64,000 nucleotides of DNA, from the NCBI GenBank assembly GCA_035934535.1, contig DASYXS010000097.1, forward strand, positions 1,505-65,504. Reading direction: 5' to 3'. A program made the position numbers and the translations under genes. The stretch is from a bacterium. GTDB lineage: Bacteria > Sysuimicrobiota > Sysuimicrobiia > Sysuimicrobiales > Segetimicrobiaceae. Below the pieces are notes generated by a model. It searched no databases. It saw only the letters and a program-made list of their open reading frames with translations, and was not told the DNA's origin. This document shows, piece by piece, positions 17,494 to 27,006 of this stretch (positions are counted from its first letter, which is position 1; each line of letters begins with the position of its first letter).

Positions 17494-18645
17494 GTGCCGT
17501 CCGGCGCCATGGCTTCTTTCTCCCGGGAACGCGCCGTCCTGCCGTTGAACCACCCGCCCGTGGCTCCCAGCTCAACCGCGCACACAATCGCGCTCATGGA
17601 GGGCGACGGCATCGGCCCGGAGATCGTCGCGGCGGCCCTTCCGGTGCTCGAAGCCGCGGCCGAGCCGGGCGGGGCGCGCCTCGAATGGCGGCGCCTCGAC
17701 GCCGGCACGCGCGCCTATGCCCGAGCCGGGAGCAGCGTTCCTCCCGACGTGCTGGAGGCGTGCCGCGGAGTGCGCGCGATGCTGAAAGGCCCCGCCGGAT
17801 TGCCCGGCGTGCGGCACGCGGACGGCACCGAGGCCGGAACCGTGGCGGGCCCGCTGCGTGAGGCGTTCACGCTGTTCGCCAACGTCCGGCCGGTGCGGCG
17901 CGTCCCCGGCGTTCCGGCGATCGCGCCCGACGGCACGGATTACGTGATCGTGCGGGAGAACACCGAGGGCGCGTACGCGACCCGGGGCGGTGGCGAGGTC
18001 ACCGGCGACGGCGTCGAGGACCGCATTCGAATCACGCGCGAGGGGACGGAGCGGGTCGCCCGCCTCGCGTTCGACCTTGCGCGGCGGCGGGCCGCGGCAC
18101 GGGGCGCGTCACCCGCGGGAACCGGCGGCACCGCGGCGCGGGTCACGTGCTGCGACAAGGCCAACGTGCTGCGGTCGTTCGCGTTCTTCCGGCGCGTCAC
18201 CGGCGAGGTCGCGGAGCGGTATCCCGATGTGGCGTTCGATGCCGTGTACGCCGACGCCGCCGCGGCGGCGATCGTCGATCAATCGCGGCGGTTCGACGTG
18301 CTGCTGGCGGAGAATTTGATCGGCGACATCCTCAGCGACGCCGCGGCCGCCACGATCGGCGGCCTCGGCTTCTGCCCCGCGGCCAACCTCGGCGAGCGCC
18401 ACGGCCTGTTCGAGCCGGTCCACGGATCGGCGCCCGACATCGCCGGCACCGACCGCGCCAATCCCACGGCGATGATCCTCGCGGGCGCGTTGATGCTGGA
18501 GTGGCTGGACCTGCCGGCGGCCGCGGATCGGGTGCGGCGCGCGGTGGACCGCGCCGCCGCCACCGGCGCGCTCGGACTCCAGCCCGCGGGACGGGTCGCG
18601 TCGACGCGCGGCGCGGGACGGGCGGTGCTCGACGCGCTCCGCTAG
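17494..18645 (+). CDS. Isocitrate/isopropylmalate dehydrogenase family protein (3-IPM or tartrate dehydrogenase-like)
   Basis: Motifs are [26 protein letters not shown] and [13 protein letters not shown]. The start is uncertain: the conserved core begins about 30 aa in, so the in-frame GTG at 17560 is an alternative to 17494. Confidence 0.85.
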   Translation: MPSGAMASFSRERAVLPLNHPPVAPSSTAHTIALMEGDGIGPEIVAAALPVLEAAAEPGGARLEWRRLDAGTRAYARAGSSVPPDVLEACRGVRAMLKGPAGLPGVRHADGTEAGTVAGPLREAFTLFANVRPVRRVPGVPAIAPDGTDYVIVRENTEGAYATRGGGEVTGDGVEDRIRITREGTERVARLAFDLARRRAAARGASPAGTGGTAARVTCCDKANVLRSFAFFRRVTGEVAERYPDVAFDAVYADAAAAAIVDQSRRFDVLLAENLIGDILSDAAAATIGGLGFCPAANLGERHGLFEPVHGSAPDIAGTDRANPTAMILAGALMLEWLDLPAAADRVRRAVDRAAATGALGLQPAGRVASTRGAGRAVLDALR

Positions 18646-18766
18646 CTTCAGTCGGTCCGGGGAACCGGCTGGAAACCGACCTCGCTCACGTCCCGCATCG
18701 CTGCCAAAACCGTGATGCCGATCATCAAACCTCCAGCGCCGCGGAACTGCTGGGGCGCGCGTCCGA

Positions 18767-20509
18767 TCAACGCCCCAATACCTCCGCGGCCTCGGCGGCC
18801 AGCGCCGCCCCGTCCCGGAGCGCCGCCCGCACGCGATTGCTCTCCCGCAGCAACTGCGCTTTCAGGAATCCGTAGTCGCGGCCGCCGGCGAGCGACGCGA
18901 GCGCGCCCGCCGCACTGAGACCCGGCAGCACGTACCGGCCGCTCGCCCGCATGATCGGCGACCACTCGGCCGGGTCGTGGAAGAACCGGCCGCGGCGGCT
19001 GTACACGACCGGGTTCATGATGCGGCTGAGGCGCAAGAGCGCGGCGTTGAGACGGCGCGCCGCCGCGGGATCGGCGGCGCGGGCCCGCCTCTCGTCGAGG
19101 CTTCGCGAGGCCGCGATGAACGCGTCGGCGTCCGCGACGAGCGGACCCAGATCGAGATGCGAGCCGAGTGACGGCTGGAGGTCCGCGGCGGTCTTCCGGA
19201 TCTCCGCGCCGGTGTCGCCGGGCGCAAGCGGCAGGACGCGAGCGTTCGCGAGCTCTCCCACCGCGGTCACGCCGATGCGCGTGTCGGTCGCCAGAATCGC
19301 GGTGTCGGCCTTGTCGAGCGTGTCGAAGTCCGTGTGCCACCACCACGCGTTCGCCGCGCCGCCCGTCCACGGCCGGAAGTCGGCGTGGTCCTCCGGCAGG
19401 AACGGATAGATCGAAAACGACGACACCCCGTTCGGCAGAAACGACTGGTCGGCCGCGCGCGCCGGCCGGTGCGCCGGCGGGTCCGCAAGGCCCGTGGTGC
19501 GCGTGATGATCTGCTTCGCGAACCGTTCGAGGTCCGCGGTGGTGTTGCGGGCGACGTACCGCGTCGCGCCGCGCACGCCGGGCGAATCGACGTTGTAGTA
19601 GGCGAGACACCGCTCGGCCAGATCGAAGAAGCGCGTGTCGGCGTACCACGTCGACCCGCTGTACCGGCCGTGCGAGTGGCCCGGCCACCAGCAGACGCGG
19701 ACCCCGCGCGCGAGACCGGCGCGTTGCTCCCACAGGACCTGCGCCATTTCGAGGAGGCACGCGTCCCCGGTCGCGTTGTCGGTGATGCCCGCGTTCCACG
19801 AGCAGTAGTGCGCGCCGACGAGCGCAAACTGCTCGGCGTCGACGCCGCCCGCGCCGGTCCCCGGAATCGTCGCCTCCGGCAGCAGCGAGCGCAGCCACTC
19901 CGTCCTGACCTCGGCGACGACCCGCACCCGGACCGGCCCGCCGCGCCCGAGGAGCCCGCGCAGCGTCCGCCCTCCCTCGACGTCGACGGAGATCGCGGGA
20001 CATTGCGGCAGCCGGTCGGCCTGATCGAGATCGGGCGTGCCCCAGATCGTCGTCCCGATCATGTTGTGGATGACGCGGTCCTGGTTGGTGAACACGACCG
20101 CCGCGCACCCGGCCCGGCTCGCCCTCAGCACGGTCACCGGCGTGGCAAGCCCGCCGACGAGAGCGGCCCGCCCCGCGCCCCGCTCGACCTGACCGTCCAC
20201 GATGTCGGTCAACTCCGCGACGAGGCCGTCCGGCCCCGTGGACCTGGCAAACGAGTGCGTCAGGCACGGCAGCGTAAGCCGCTCCGGCTCGAGCACCTCA
20301 AGGGTCGCGCGGATCGGATAACTGAGGAACGCGTCGAACTCGTGGACCTGGACCGGCACGCCCGCATCGCGCAGCCGGCCGGCGATGTACTCGGCGGCCT
20401 GCCGCTCGCCGGGTCCGGCCGTGTCCCGGCGCACGCCTGCAAACCACTCGAGGTGACCGGCCAACCGCTCGGGCCGGACCGCCGCCGCTGCTTCCGCGAA
20501 ACTCGCCAC
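18767..20509 (-). CDS. M28-family peptidase-like protein with PA domain and C-terminal helical domain (GCPII / transferrin-receptor-like), paralog 1
   Basis: The track ORF of 1054 aa runs to 21931, but its N-terminal 474 aa are antisense to the divergent paralog. The start is set at GTG 20507-20509, preceded by GGAGGTGACGGTCCG ([11 protein letters not shown]...). Motifs are [39 protein letters not shown] and [12 protein letters not shown]. Confidence 0.8.
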   Translation of the reverse strand: MASFAEAAAAVRPERLAGHLEWFAGVRRDTAGPGERQAAEYIAGRLRDAGVPVQVHEFDAFLSYPIRATLEVLEPERLTLPCLTHSFARSTGPDGLVAELTDIVDGQVERGAGRAALVGGLATPVTVLRASRAGCAAVVFTNQDRVIHNMIGTTIWGTPDLDQADRLPQCPAISVDVEGGRTLRGLLGRGGPVRVRVVAEVRTEWLRSLLPEATIPGTGAGGVDAEQFALVGAHYCSWNAGITDNATGDACLLEMAQVLWEQRAGLARGVRVCWWPGHSHGRYSGSTWYADTRFFDLAERCLAYYNVDSPGVRGATRYVARNTTADLERFAKQIITRTTGLADPPAHRPARAADQSFLPNGVSSFSIYPFLPEDHADFRPWTGGAANAWWWHTDFDTLDKADTAILATDTRIGVTAVGELANARVLPLAPGDTGAEIRKTAADLQPSLGSHLDLGPLVADADAFIAASRSLDERRARAADPAAARRLNAALLRLSRIMNPVVYSRRGRFFHDPAEWSPIMRASGRYVLPGLSAAGALASLAGGRDYGFLKAQLLRESNRVRAALRDGAALAAEAAEVLGR

Positions 20510-20659
20510 CGGACCGTCACCTCCGCTGTTGCGTGGGCAATCCCCTCTGCAATTCGAACCCTGCGGGATGCGCCCCTGGCAGACGCGAGGGCCGCGCCCG
20601 GCGCGGGTCGAAGAGCCTTCCCCTAGGACCCACCGGACGCGCGCGCAAGGAGGGGTGCC

Positions 20660-22330
20660 GTGACTCCGTTCGATGCTGTGTCGCAGGACCACCTGACCGA
20701 GTTCAACCGCACGATCGCCAAATGGACGCGGCTGTCGGGCTCCCGGGACGAGCGGGAGGCGGCCGCGTATGTGGAAGACCGGCTGCGGTCGTTCGGATAT
20801 GCCGCGCAGACGATCGTCCACGACGCCTACATCAGCCTGCCCCGCGCCGCGTCGCTGCGAATCACCAATCCGGAGCCGCGCGACCTTCCGTGCATCACCC
20901 ACTCTATGGGCATTCCTACCGACGGGCGCGCCGTGCCCGCCGAGCTCGTCTACGCGGGCAAAGGCACGCCGGAGGAGTACGCGGAGGCGGGCGCCGCCGG
21001 CAAGATCGCGCTGGTGGAAGGCCGGGCGACGCCGGCGCACGCGGTCAACGCCACCCGGGCCGGCGTGCTCGGCATCATCTGCATCAGCGGCCGGCACCCC
21101 CACGAGATGTGCTGTTCGCCGATCTGGGGCAATCCGGCCGAGAGCACCAAGAGCGCCCTGCCGCGCGTGCACCTCCTGTCGGTGCAGAAGGCGGACGGCG
21201 AAGCCCTGCGCGCCTTGTGCGCGCGCGGCCGCGTGGACGTGGAGTTCACCGCGGAGGTCGAGACCGGGTGGACCAAGACGCCGATCGTGATCGGCGATCT
21301 CGCCGCGGGCCATCCGGACGCGGACGGCACGTTCGTCTTGTTCTCCGGCCACCTCGACGGCTGGTACCTCGGCGCGATGGACAACGGCAGCGCGAACGCC
21401 GCCATGCTCGAGGTCGCGCGGGTGCTCGCGCCGCGCAAGGAGTCGTTCCGGCGGGGCTTGCGGCTCGCGTTCTGGTCCGGACACTCGCACGGCCGCTACT
21501 CGTCGTCGGCGTGGTACGCCGACGCCAACTGGTCCGAACTCGCCGAGCGCTGCGTCTGCCACGTCAACGTCGATTCGCTCGGTGGCATCGACGCCGACGC
21601 CTTCGCGACCAACTCGATGCCGGAGACGGCGCCCCTCGGCATCTGGGCGGTGCGGGAGGCCGCGGGCGGGACGCTCGACGCCAGGCGCGTCGGCCGCAAC
21701 TCCGACCAGTCGTTCCTCGGCGCCGGGATCCCGTCGCTGCTCGGCTCGGTGTCGCACCAGGCGGACGGCAGCCTGGGGTGGTGGTGGCACACGCCGCACG
21801 ACACGCTCGACAAGATCGACCCGGCGCGGCTCGTCCGGGACACCAGGATCTTCGTGCTGGCGATCTCCCGGCTGCTGCAGGATCCGGTGGTGCCTCTCGA
21901 CTACGGCGCCGCGGCCCGCGATCTGAAGCAAAGCCTCGATGAGCTGCAGGCGGCGGGACGCGATTTCGATCTCGGACCGGCGCGGTCGGCCGCGGGCCGG
22001 CTCGACGAACTGTGCGCCCGCCTCGCCCGCGCGGCGGCCGGCGTCACCGGCGGCGCATCAGCCCGGCACATCAACGCGTGCCTGCGCCGGGTGGGCCGCG
22101 CGCTGATCCCGGCGACCTACACGTCGACCGGGCCGTACGCGCACGACCCCGCCCTCGAAACGGCGTTCCTGCCGCGTCTGGCCGCGGTCCGGCGGCTGGC
22201 GGGGCTGCCCGCGGACGGCGACGAGGCGAAATTCCTGCGCGTCGACCTCGTGCGCGGCCGCAACGCGGTCACGGCCGCGATCGAGGAGGCGTGCCGGCAC
22301 GTCGAGACCTGTCTCGAACGGTTAGGATAA
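20660..22330 (+). CDS. M28-family peptidase-like protein with PA domain (GCPII / transferrin-receptor-like), paralog 2
   Basis: 556 aa with a GTG start preceded by AAGGAGGGG. It has a PA-domain block GKIALVEGRATPAHAVNATRAGVLGIICIS. M28 motifs are [51 protein letters not shown] and WWWHTPHDTLDKID. Confidence 0.85.
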   Translation: MTPFDAVSQDHLTEFNRTIAKWTRLSGSRDEREAAAYVEDRLRSFGYAAQTIVHDAYISLPRAASLRITNPEPRDLPCITHSMGIPTDGRAVPAELVYAGKGTPEEYAEAGAAGKIALVEGRATPAHAVNATRAGVLGIICISGRHPHEMCCSPIWGNPAESTKSALPRVHLLSVQKADGEALRALCARGRVDVEFTAEVETGWTKTPIVIGDLAAGHPDADGTFVLFSGHLDGWYLGAMDNGSANAAMLEVARVLAPRKESFRRGLRLAFWSGHSHGRYSSSAWYADANWSELAERCVCHVNVDSLGGIDADAFATNSMPETAPLGIWAVREAAGGTLDARRVGRNSDQSFLGAGIPSLLGSVSHQADGSLGWWWHTPHDTLDKIDPARLVRDTRIFVLAISRLLQDPVVPLDYGAAARDLKQSLDELQAAGRDFDLGPARSAAGRLDELCARLARAAAGVTGGASARHINACLRRVGRALIPATYTSTGPYAHDPALETAFLPRLAAVRRLAGLPADGDEAKFLRVDLVRGRNAVTAAIEEACRHVETCLERLG

Positions 22331-22368
22331 CGCCCAGCGTCGCACGGCGACGCGCCGGACCGCCGGCG

Positions 22369-23565
22369 CTATCGTCCGGCCGGCCCGCGGGCGTTGAGCG
22401 CCGCCAATGGCTTTCGCTCGAGCACGGCCGACGCGGCCGTGCCGATCGCGAGCGACCAGAAGAGCGGACCGATCCCGAAATACGAGAGATGCGACACCGC
22501 CACCGCGAATGCGAACAGCGGCCCCAACACGAGCGGTCCCCGCAGCGCTTCCTGCAGCGTTGAGCTGAGCGCGCCGATCAGCGCGAGGCCCGCGAGCGCG
22601 AGCAGCACCGGGAGCGGCACGATGCGCAATAGATCCGCGGCGACCCCGGCGAGGGCGGCGATGACGAGGAAGCCCGCACCCGAAAAGTACACCGACCAGT
22701 GCCGCACGTCGTGGTCGCCGGCGTCCGGTCCCGCGGTCGGCGCGGCGAGAAACGACGCCATGCAAAACGGCGTGAACCCGAAGAACGAACCGGCGACCGA
22801 GGCCGCGCCCGTGATCACGTCGATCGCGCGCAGCGACGCCGGGTAGCGCTGACTTCTGATGTAGACGACCGACGCGAGGTTGGCCGAGGTGCTCATCAGG
22901 ACGGCCAGCACCGGCGCAAACGCGACCACGGCCGTCCAGGAGAACGCGGGCGGCGCCGCGTGGAGCGCCGGCGCCAGCCACCGGAACCGGCTGAGGCTGA
23001 GCGTGCCGGTGAGGCCCGCCGCCGTCACCCCGACGACGACGGCGGGCAGGATGGCCGGAATCCGCGGCGGCAGGAACCGGCGGCCGAGGACGTAGGCGAG
23101 GAACGCGCTCCCAACGACGGCGGGGGCGGTCCCCGCCTCGGTGAACATGCCCGCCACGTACGGCAGGATCGCCCCGGCCACCATGGCCATGACGATCGGG
23201 GCCGGCACCCATCGTGCGACACGCTCACTGAGCCCGACCGCGCCGAGCAGGAAGATGAGACACCCCGCGACCAGCGAAGCCCCGCGCAGCTCGGCGTAGG
23301 CGGCATGCCCGACGAGCGTCGCGGCCGCCACGGTTCCGAGCGTGCTGTAGGCGGCCAGCAGCGGCTGCCGGTACCACCATGTCAGGACGAGACTCAGCGC
23401 GCCGGGCACGCCGTACAGCACCGCGATCCACGTCGTGGTCGCCGGTCCGGAGACGGCGAACAGCCGCGCCACGGTCAGCGGAAAGCTCAGCGCCGCGATG
23501 GCGAAGGTGGTCACGGGCAGCGCCATCGCGAGCGGCGGGATCAGGCGCGACAGCGGCCGCGGCAA
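22369..23565 (-). CDS. Benzoate/H+ symporter (BenE) family transporter
   Basis: 398-aa polytopic membrane protein with BenE-like sequence throughout. The track start is a TTG at 23565, 1 nt after the upstream stop. ATG at 23526 (MALPVTTF) is an alternative start. Confidence 0.75.
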   Translation of the reverse strand: MPRPLSRLIPPLAMALPVTTFAIAALSFPLTVARLFAVSGPATTTWIAVLYGVPGALSLVLTWWYRQPLLAAYSTLGTVAAATLVGHAAYAELRGASLVAGCLIFLLGAVGLSERVARWVPAPIVMAMVAGAILPYVAGMFTEAGTAPAVVGSAFLAYVLGRRFLPPRIPAILPAVVVGVTAAGLTGTLSLSRFRWLAPALHAAPPAFSWTAVVAFAPVLAVLMSTSANLASVVYIRSQRYPASLRAIDVITGAASVAGSFFGFTPFCMASFLAAPTAGPDAGDHDVRHWSVYFSGAGFLVIAALAGVAADLLRIVPLPVLLALAGLALIGALSSTLQEALRGPLVLGPLFAFAVAVSHLSYFGIGPLFWSLAIGTAASAVLERKPLAALNARGPAGR

Positions 23566-23566
23566 C

Positions 23567-24469
23567 CTACAGCTCTCTCGGGTCGAGGGCGTCCCGCACG
23601 GCGTCCCCGACGATGTTGAACGCGAGCGTCACGACAAGAATCGCCATCCCGGGAATCACGACCAGCTGCGGGCTGCTGGTGATGTAGTTGCGGCCGACGC
23701 TCAGCATCGCGCCCCACTCTGCGGCCGGCGGCTGCACGCCGAGTCCCAGAAAGCTGAGGCCGGAGGCGGTGAGGATCGCGGTGGCGAGGCGCAGCGTCGA
23801 TTGGACGACGAGCGGCGAGAGGATGTTCGGAAAGATGTGCCGCGCCATGATCGTCCGCTCCGCGGCCCCAAGCGCCTGCGCCGCCTGCACGTACACCTCC
23901 CGCCGCGCCAGCAGCGTCGAGCCGCGCGCGATCCGCGCGAACGGCGGAATCGAGTTGATGCCGATCGCGAGGATCACGTTGCCCATGCCGACGCCGAGCG
24001 CCGCGATCACGGCCACCGCGAGCAGAAACCCGGGGATCGCCAGCAGGACGTCCATCGCGCGCATGATCACCGCGCCGCCGGCGCCGCCGTAGTATCCGGC
24101 GACGATGCCGAGCGCGGAGCCGGCGGCGAAGGCGAGCGCCACGGCGCCGAGCGTGATGAGCAGCGTGTTGCGTCCGCCCCACAAGAGGCGGCTTGTGATG
24201 TCGCGGCCGAGCTCGTCGGTGCCGAGGGGATGCGTCCAGGAGGGCGGCGCGTCGGGGTTGGCGACGTCGACGAGGTTGGGCGGATGCGGCGAGAGCCAGG
24301 GCGCGGCCGCGGACACGCCCACCGCGAGGAGCAGCACGGCGAAGGCGGCCACCGCGACCCGCCGGCGCGCGAACTGCTTCGCGGCGCGCCTCCACGGGCT
24401 CGCCGGAGCCGCGGCCGCCGGCGAGGCGGCCGCGCGCGGGACGGTTCCGCGGGCCGCCTGCTCAGTCAA
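23567..24469 (-). CDS. ABC peptide/opine-type transporter permease (DppC/OppC family)
   Basis: 300 aa with a TTG start that overlaps the upstream gene by 8 nt. It has the EAA loop YVQAAQALGAAERTIMARHIFPN and a C-terminal ...NIVGDAVRDALDPR. Confidence 0.88.
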   Translation of the reverse strand: MTEQAARGTVPRAAASPAAAAPASPWRRAAKQFARRRVAVAAFAVLLLAVGVSAAAPWLSPHPPNLVDVANPDAPPSWTHPLGTDELGRDITSRLLWGGRNTLLITLGAVALAFAAGSALGIVAGYYGGAGGAVIMRAMDVLLAIPGFLLAVAVIAALGVGMGNVILAIGINSIPPFARIARGSTLLARREVYVQAAQALGAAERTIMARHIFPNILSPLVVQSTLRLATAILTASGLSFLGLGVQPPAAEWGAMLSVGRNYITSSPQLVVIPGMAILVVTLAFNIVGDAVRDALDPREL

Positions 24470-25382
24470 AGCGGATCCTCGGGTCGAGGTACGCGTAGAG
24501 GAGATCGACCGCGAGGTTCACGGCGATGAAGGTGACCGAGAACAGCATGACGGTGGCCTGCACGACGGCGATGTCGCGTGCGCGAATCGCGTCCACGACG
24601 AGGCGGCCGAGGCCCGGGCGCGCAAACACCGTCTCGGTCAGCACGGTGCCGGCGAGGAGGTAGCCGAGCTGCAGGCCGAGCACGGTGACGATCGGGATCA
24701 CCGCGTTGCGGAACGCGTGCCGCATCACGAGGGTGCCGCGGGCGACGCCTTTGGCCAGCGCGGTGCGCAGGTAGTCTTGCCGCAGCACGTCCAGCATCGC
24801 CGCGCGGGCCTGGCGGGCGACCGTCGCGGCGGAGGCGGCGCCCAGGGTGAGCGCGGGCAGGATCAGCTGCGCCGCCGTGCCGGCCCCGGTGCTCGGCAGC
24901 CACCGCAGCGACACCGAGAACAGCATCATCAGCATGAGGCCGAGCCAGAAGATCGGGACGGAGATCCCGAGCGCCGTGGCGAGCGACGTCACGGCATCCC
25001 ACGTCGAGCGCTGGTGGGTGGCGGCCGTGATGCCCGCGGCGAGCCCGACCGCCACCGCGAACGCCATCGCGGCGGCGGCGAGTTCAGCGGTCGGCCGGAC
25101 GCGGCTCGCGATCTCGTAGGTGACCGGCCGCCGGGTGACCGCGGACCGGCCGAGATCGAACCGGGCGAAGCGTTCCAGCCACCGCGCGTACTGGACGTAG
25201 ACGGGCTGATCCAGGCCGAGTGCCTGGCGAATCGCCTGGATGTCCGCGGCGGTCGCGTCCGGCCCGGCCATCACCAGCGCCGCGTCGCCCGGGATCGCCT
25301 TCAGGATGCCGAAGACGATGAGCGAGACGCCCAGCAGCACCGGGACGGCCCACAAGAGACGCTCCGCGATGTGGCGGAGCAT
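24462..25382 (-). CDS. ABC peptide/opine-type transporter permease (DppB/OppB family)
   Basis: 306 aa with an ATG start, N-terminus MLRHIAERLLWAVPVLLGVSLIVF, and the motif YLRTALAKGVARGTLVMRHAFRNAVIPIVT. Confidence 0.9.
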   Translation of the reverse strand: MLRHIAERLLWAVPVLLGVSLIVFGILKAIPGDAALVMAGPDATAADIQAIRQALGLDQPVYVQYARWLERFARFDLGRSAVTRRPVTYEIASRVRPTAELAAAAMAFAVAVGLAAGITAATHQRSTWDAVTSLATALGISVPIFWLGLMLMMLFSVSLRWLPSTGAGTAAQLILPALTLGAASAATVARQARAAMLDVLRQDYLRTALAKGVARGTLVMRHAFRNAVIPIVTVLGLQLGYLLAGTVLTETVFARPGLGRLVVDAIRARDIAVVQATVMLFSVTFIAVNLAVDLLYAYLDPRIRFD

Positions 25383-25400
25383 CGTTCCCGGCGGCGACCC

Positions 25401-26987
25401 TCAGCGCTGCAGCCGGCCGGGCACGAAGTCGCCGGTCGGCAGCACGGTAAAGCCGGACACCCCGCTGCGCGCACCCCAGATGTTGACCAGCTGCAGCAGA
25501 AAGATGATCGGCTGGTCCTCCCAGACGAGACGCTGGGCTTCCTTCAGGATCGGCAGGCGCGCCGCGGGATCGAACGTACGCCGCTCCGCCGCGATCAGCG
25601 CGTCGACCTTCGGGTTCGCGTAGCCGGTCCGCTGCTGCGTCGCGGGGACGTTCGTCGCCGCGGAGTCGTACATCCGGTAGAGATGGTAGTCGATGTAGGG
25701 GCTGCCCTTGAGGAGGCACGTCGCCGTCCCGGGGCGCGCGTCCGGATCGGACGAGCTGAACGCGAGCAGGTCCGCGAACGCCATTTCGCGGATCGTCATC
25801 TGCACGCCGATGTTCGCCCAGTAGCCCTGGACCGCCTGGACCACCTGCGTATCGCCCGCCCACCGGCCGCTCGTCAGGTTGACGGTGACGCGCATCCCCG
25901 ACCCGTATCCGGCCTCGGCGAGCATCCGTTTCGCGCGCTCGGGATCGTAGCGGAACGGCGCAAAATCAAAGCTGCCCCACAGCCCGGGCACCCCGGGACT
26001 GTTGAGCGGCCGGGCGAAGCCCTTCATGATCCCCTTGATGATCGCGTCCTTGTCGATCGCCATGTTGAGCGCCTGACGGACGCGCACGTCGGAGAACGGC
26101 GGCTTGGTGTCGGCGGTTTCGAGCTCCGCGATGGTTTGGCTGGGTGTGGCGCGCACGGTGAGCCCGGACGTCTGCCGGAGCCCCGGCACGTCGGCGGGCG
26201 GCAGGTTCAGCACCACGTCCGCCTCGCCCGTCTTCAGCACGACGACCCGCGCGGCCGGCTCGGGAATCGGCCGGTAGACGAAGCGCCGGACGCGCGGCTT
26301 GGGCCCCCAGTAGTCGGGATTGACCGCGGCGGACACGTGGTCGTTCGGCACCCACTCCTCGAACTTGAAGGGACCGGTCCCGACCGGATGGCGTCCGAAA
26401 TCCTGCCCGTACTGCCGGACGGCCGCCGGGCTGATGATCTTCGCGGAGACGTCGGCCATCAAGAGCGGAAAGTCCGGGTTGGGCGGATCGGTGGTGAAGC
26501 GTACGGTGCGGCCGTCGACCGCGGCAACGTCCTTGATCAACAGATAGTTGCCCCGTCGCGTCGCGGGCACGCTCTTGTCGAAGATCCGGTCGAAGGTGGC
26601 GCGGACCGCGTCGGCGGTGAACGGCGTCCCGTCGTGGAACTTGACGCCGGGCCGCAGCGTAAACGTCCACGTCCGCCCGTCCGCGCCCGGCTTCCACGCC
26701 GTCGCGAGCGCCGGCACGACCTGGCCCTTGTCGTTCCAGGTCACCAGGCCGTCGTACATCGCGTTCATGATGGCCTGAAACGGCCCGGTGCCGACGGCCG
26801 GCTCGAGGCTGTTGGGCTCGGTGCCGTCGACGGCCACAAACGTCTGCTCGCGTGGTACCGCGGCCGCCGCGGACGCCGGCCCCGGCGACCGTAGGATCGC
26901 GAACGACCCGGCGCCGGCGGCAAGGACGACCGCCGCCGAGCGCACCGCGCCCTGCCTCAGTAACTCGCGACGCCGCAAGCGCTTCAT
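25401..26987 (-). CDS. ABC transporter substrate-binding protein, family 5, with Tat-like signal
   Basis: 528 aa with ATG preceded by GGGGAGG. The N-terminus MKRLRRRELLRQGAVRSAAVVLAAGAGSFA resembles a twin-arginine signal. The remainder looks like a family-5 SBP. Confidence 0.9.
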   Translation of the reverse strand: MKRLRRRELLRQGAVRSAAVVLAAGAGSFAILRSPGPASAAAAVPREQTFVAVDGTEPNSLEPAVGTGPFQAIMNAMYDGLVTWNDKGQVVPALATAWKPGADGRTWTFTLRPGVKFHDGTPFTADAVRATFDRIFDKSVPATRRGNYLLIKDVAAVDGRTVRFTTDPPNPDFPLLMADVSAKIISPAAVRQYGQDFGRHPVGTGPFKFEEWVPNDHVSAAVNPDYWGPKPRVRRFVYRPIPEPAARVVVLKTGEADVVLNLPPADVPGLRQTSGLTVRATPSQTIAELETADTKPPFSDVRVRQALNMAIDKDAIIKGIMKGFARPLNSPGVPGLWGSFDFAPFRYDPERAKRMLAEAGYGSGMRVTVNLTSGRWAGDTQVVQAVQGYWANIGVQMTIREMAFADLLAFSSSDPDARPGTATCLLKGSPYIDYHLYRMYDSAATNVPATQQRTGYANPKVDALIAAERRTFDPAARLPILKEAQRLVWEDQPIIFLLQLVNIWGARSGVSGFTVLPTGDFVPGRLQR

Positions 26988-27006
26988 CGTCGCCTCCCCG
27001 TCCGCA

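Noticed and set aside
20510-21931. N-terminal 474 aa of the 1054-aa ORF 18767..21931
   Set aside because: This part is antisense to the clearly homologous M28 paralog at 20660..22330. Its composition is Arg/Pro/Gly-rich. A GTG with a GGAGGTG SD at 20509 gives a protein collinear with its two paralogs.
22337-22353. Hairpin GCGTCGC-acg-GCGACGC between the convergent M28 paralog 2 and benE-like genes
   Set aside because: It has only a 7-bp stem and a 3-nt loop, and no U-tract on either strand. It is indistinguishable from background GC palindromes, so I did not call it a terminator.
24105-26894. Long plus-strand ORF (929 aa). Similar shadow ORFs: 48204..50582 (792 aa), 8661..10274, 36253..37932, 37968..39875, 57679..59592, 60233..62266, 43780..45486, 19334..20626
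   Set aside because: All lie antisense to genes with strong family signatures. They translate to Arg/Gly/Pro/Asp/His-rich low-complexity sequence without recognisable motifs. This is the expected absence of stop codons on the non-coding strand of very GC-rich DNA.
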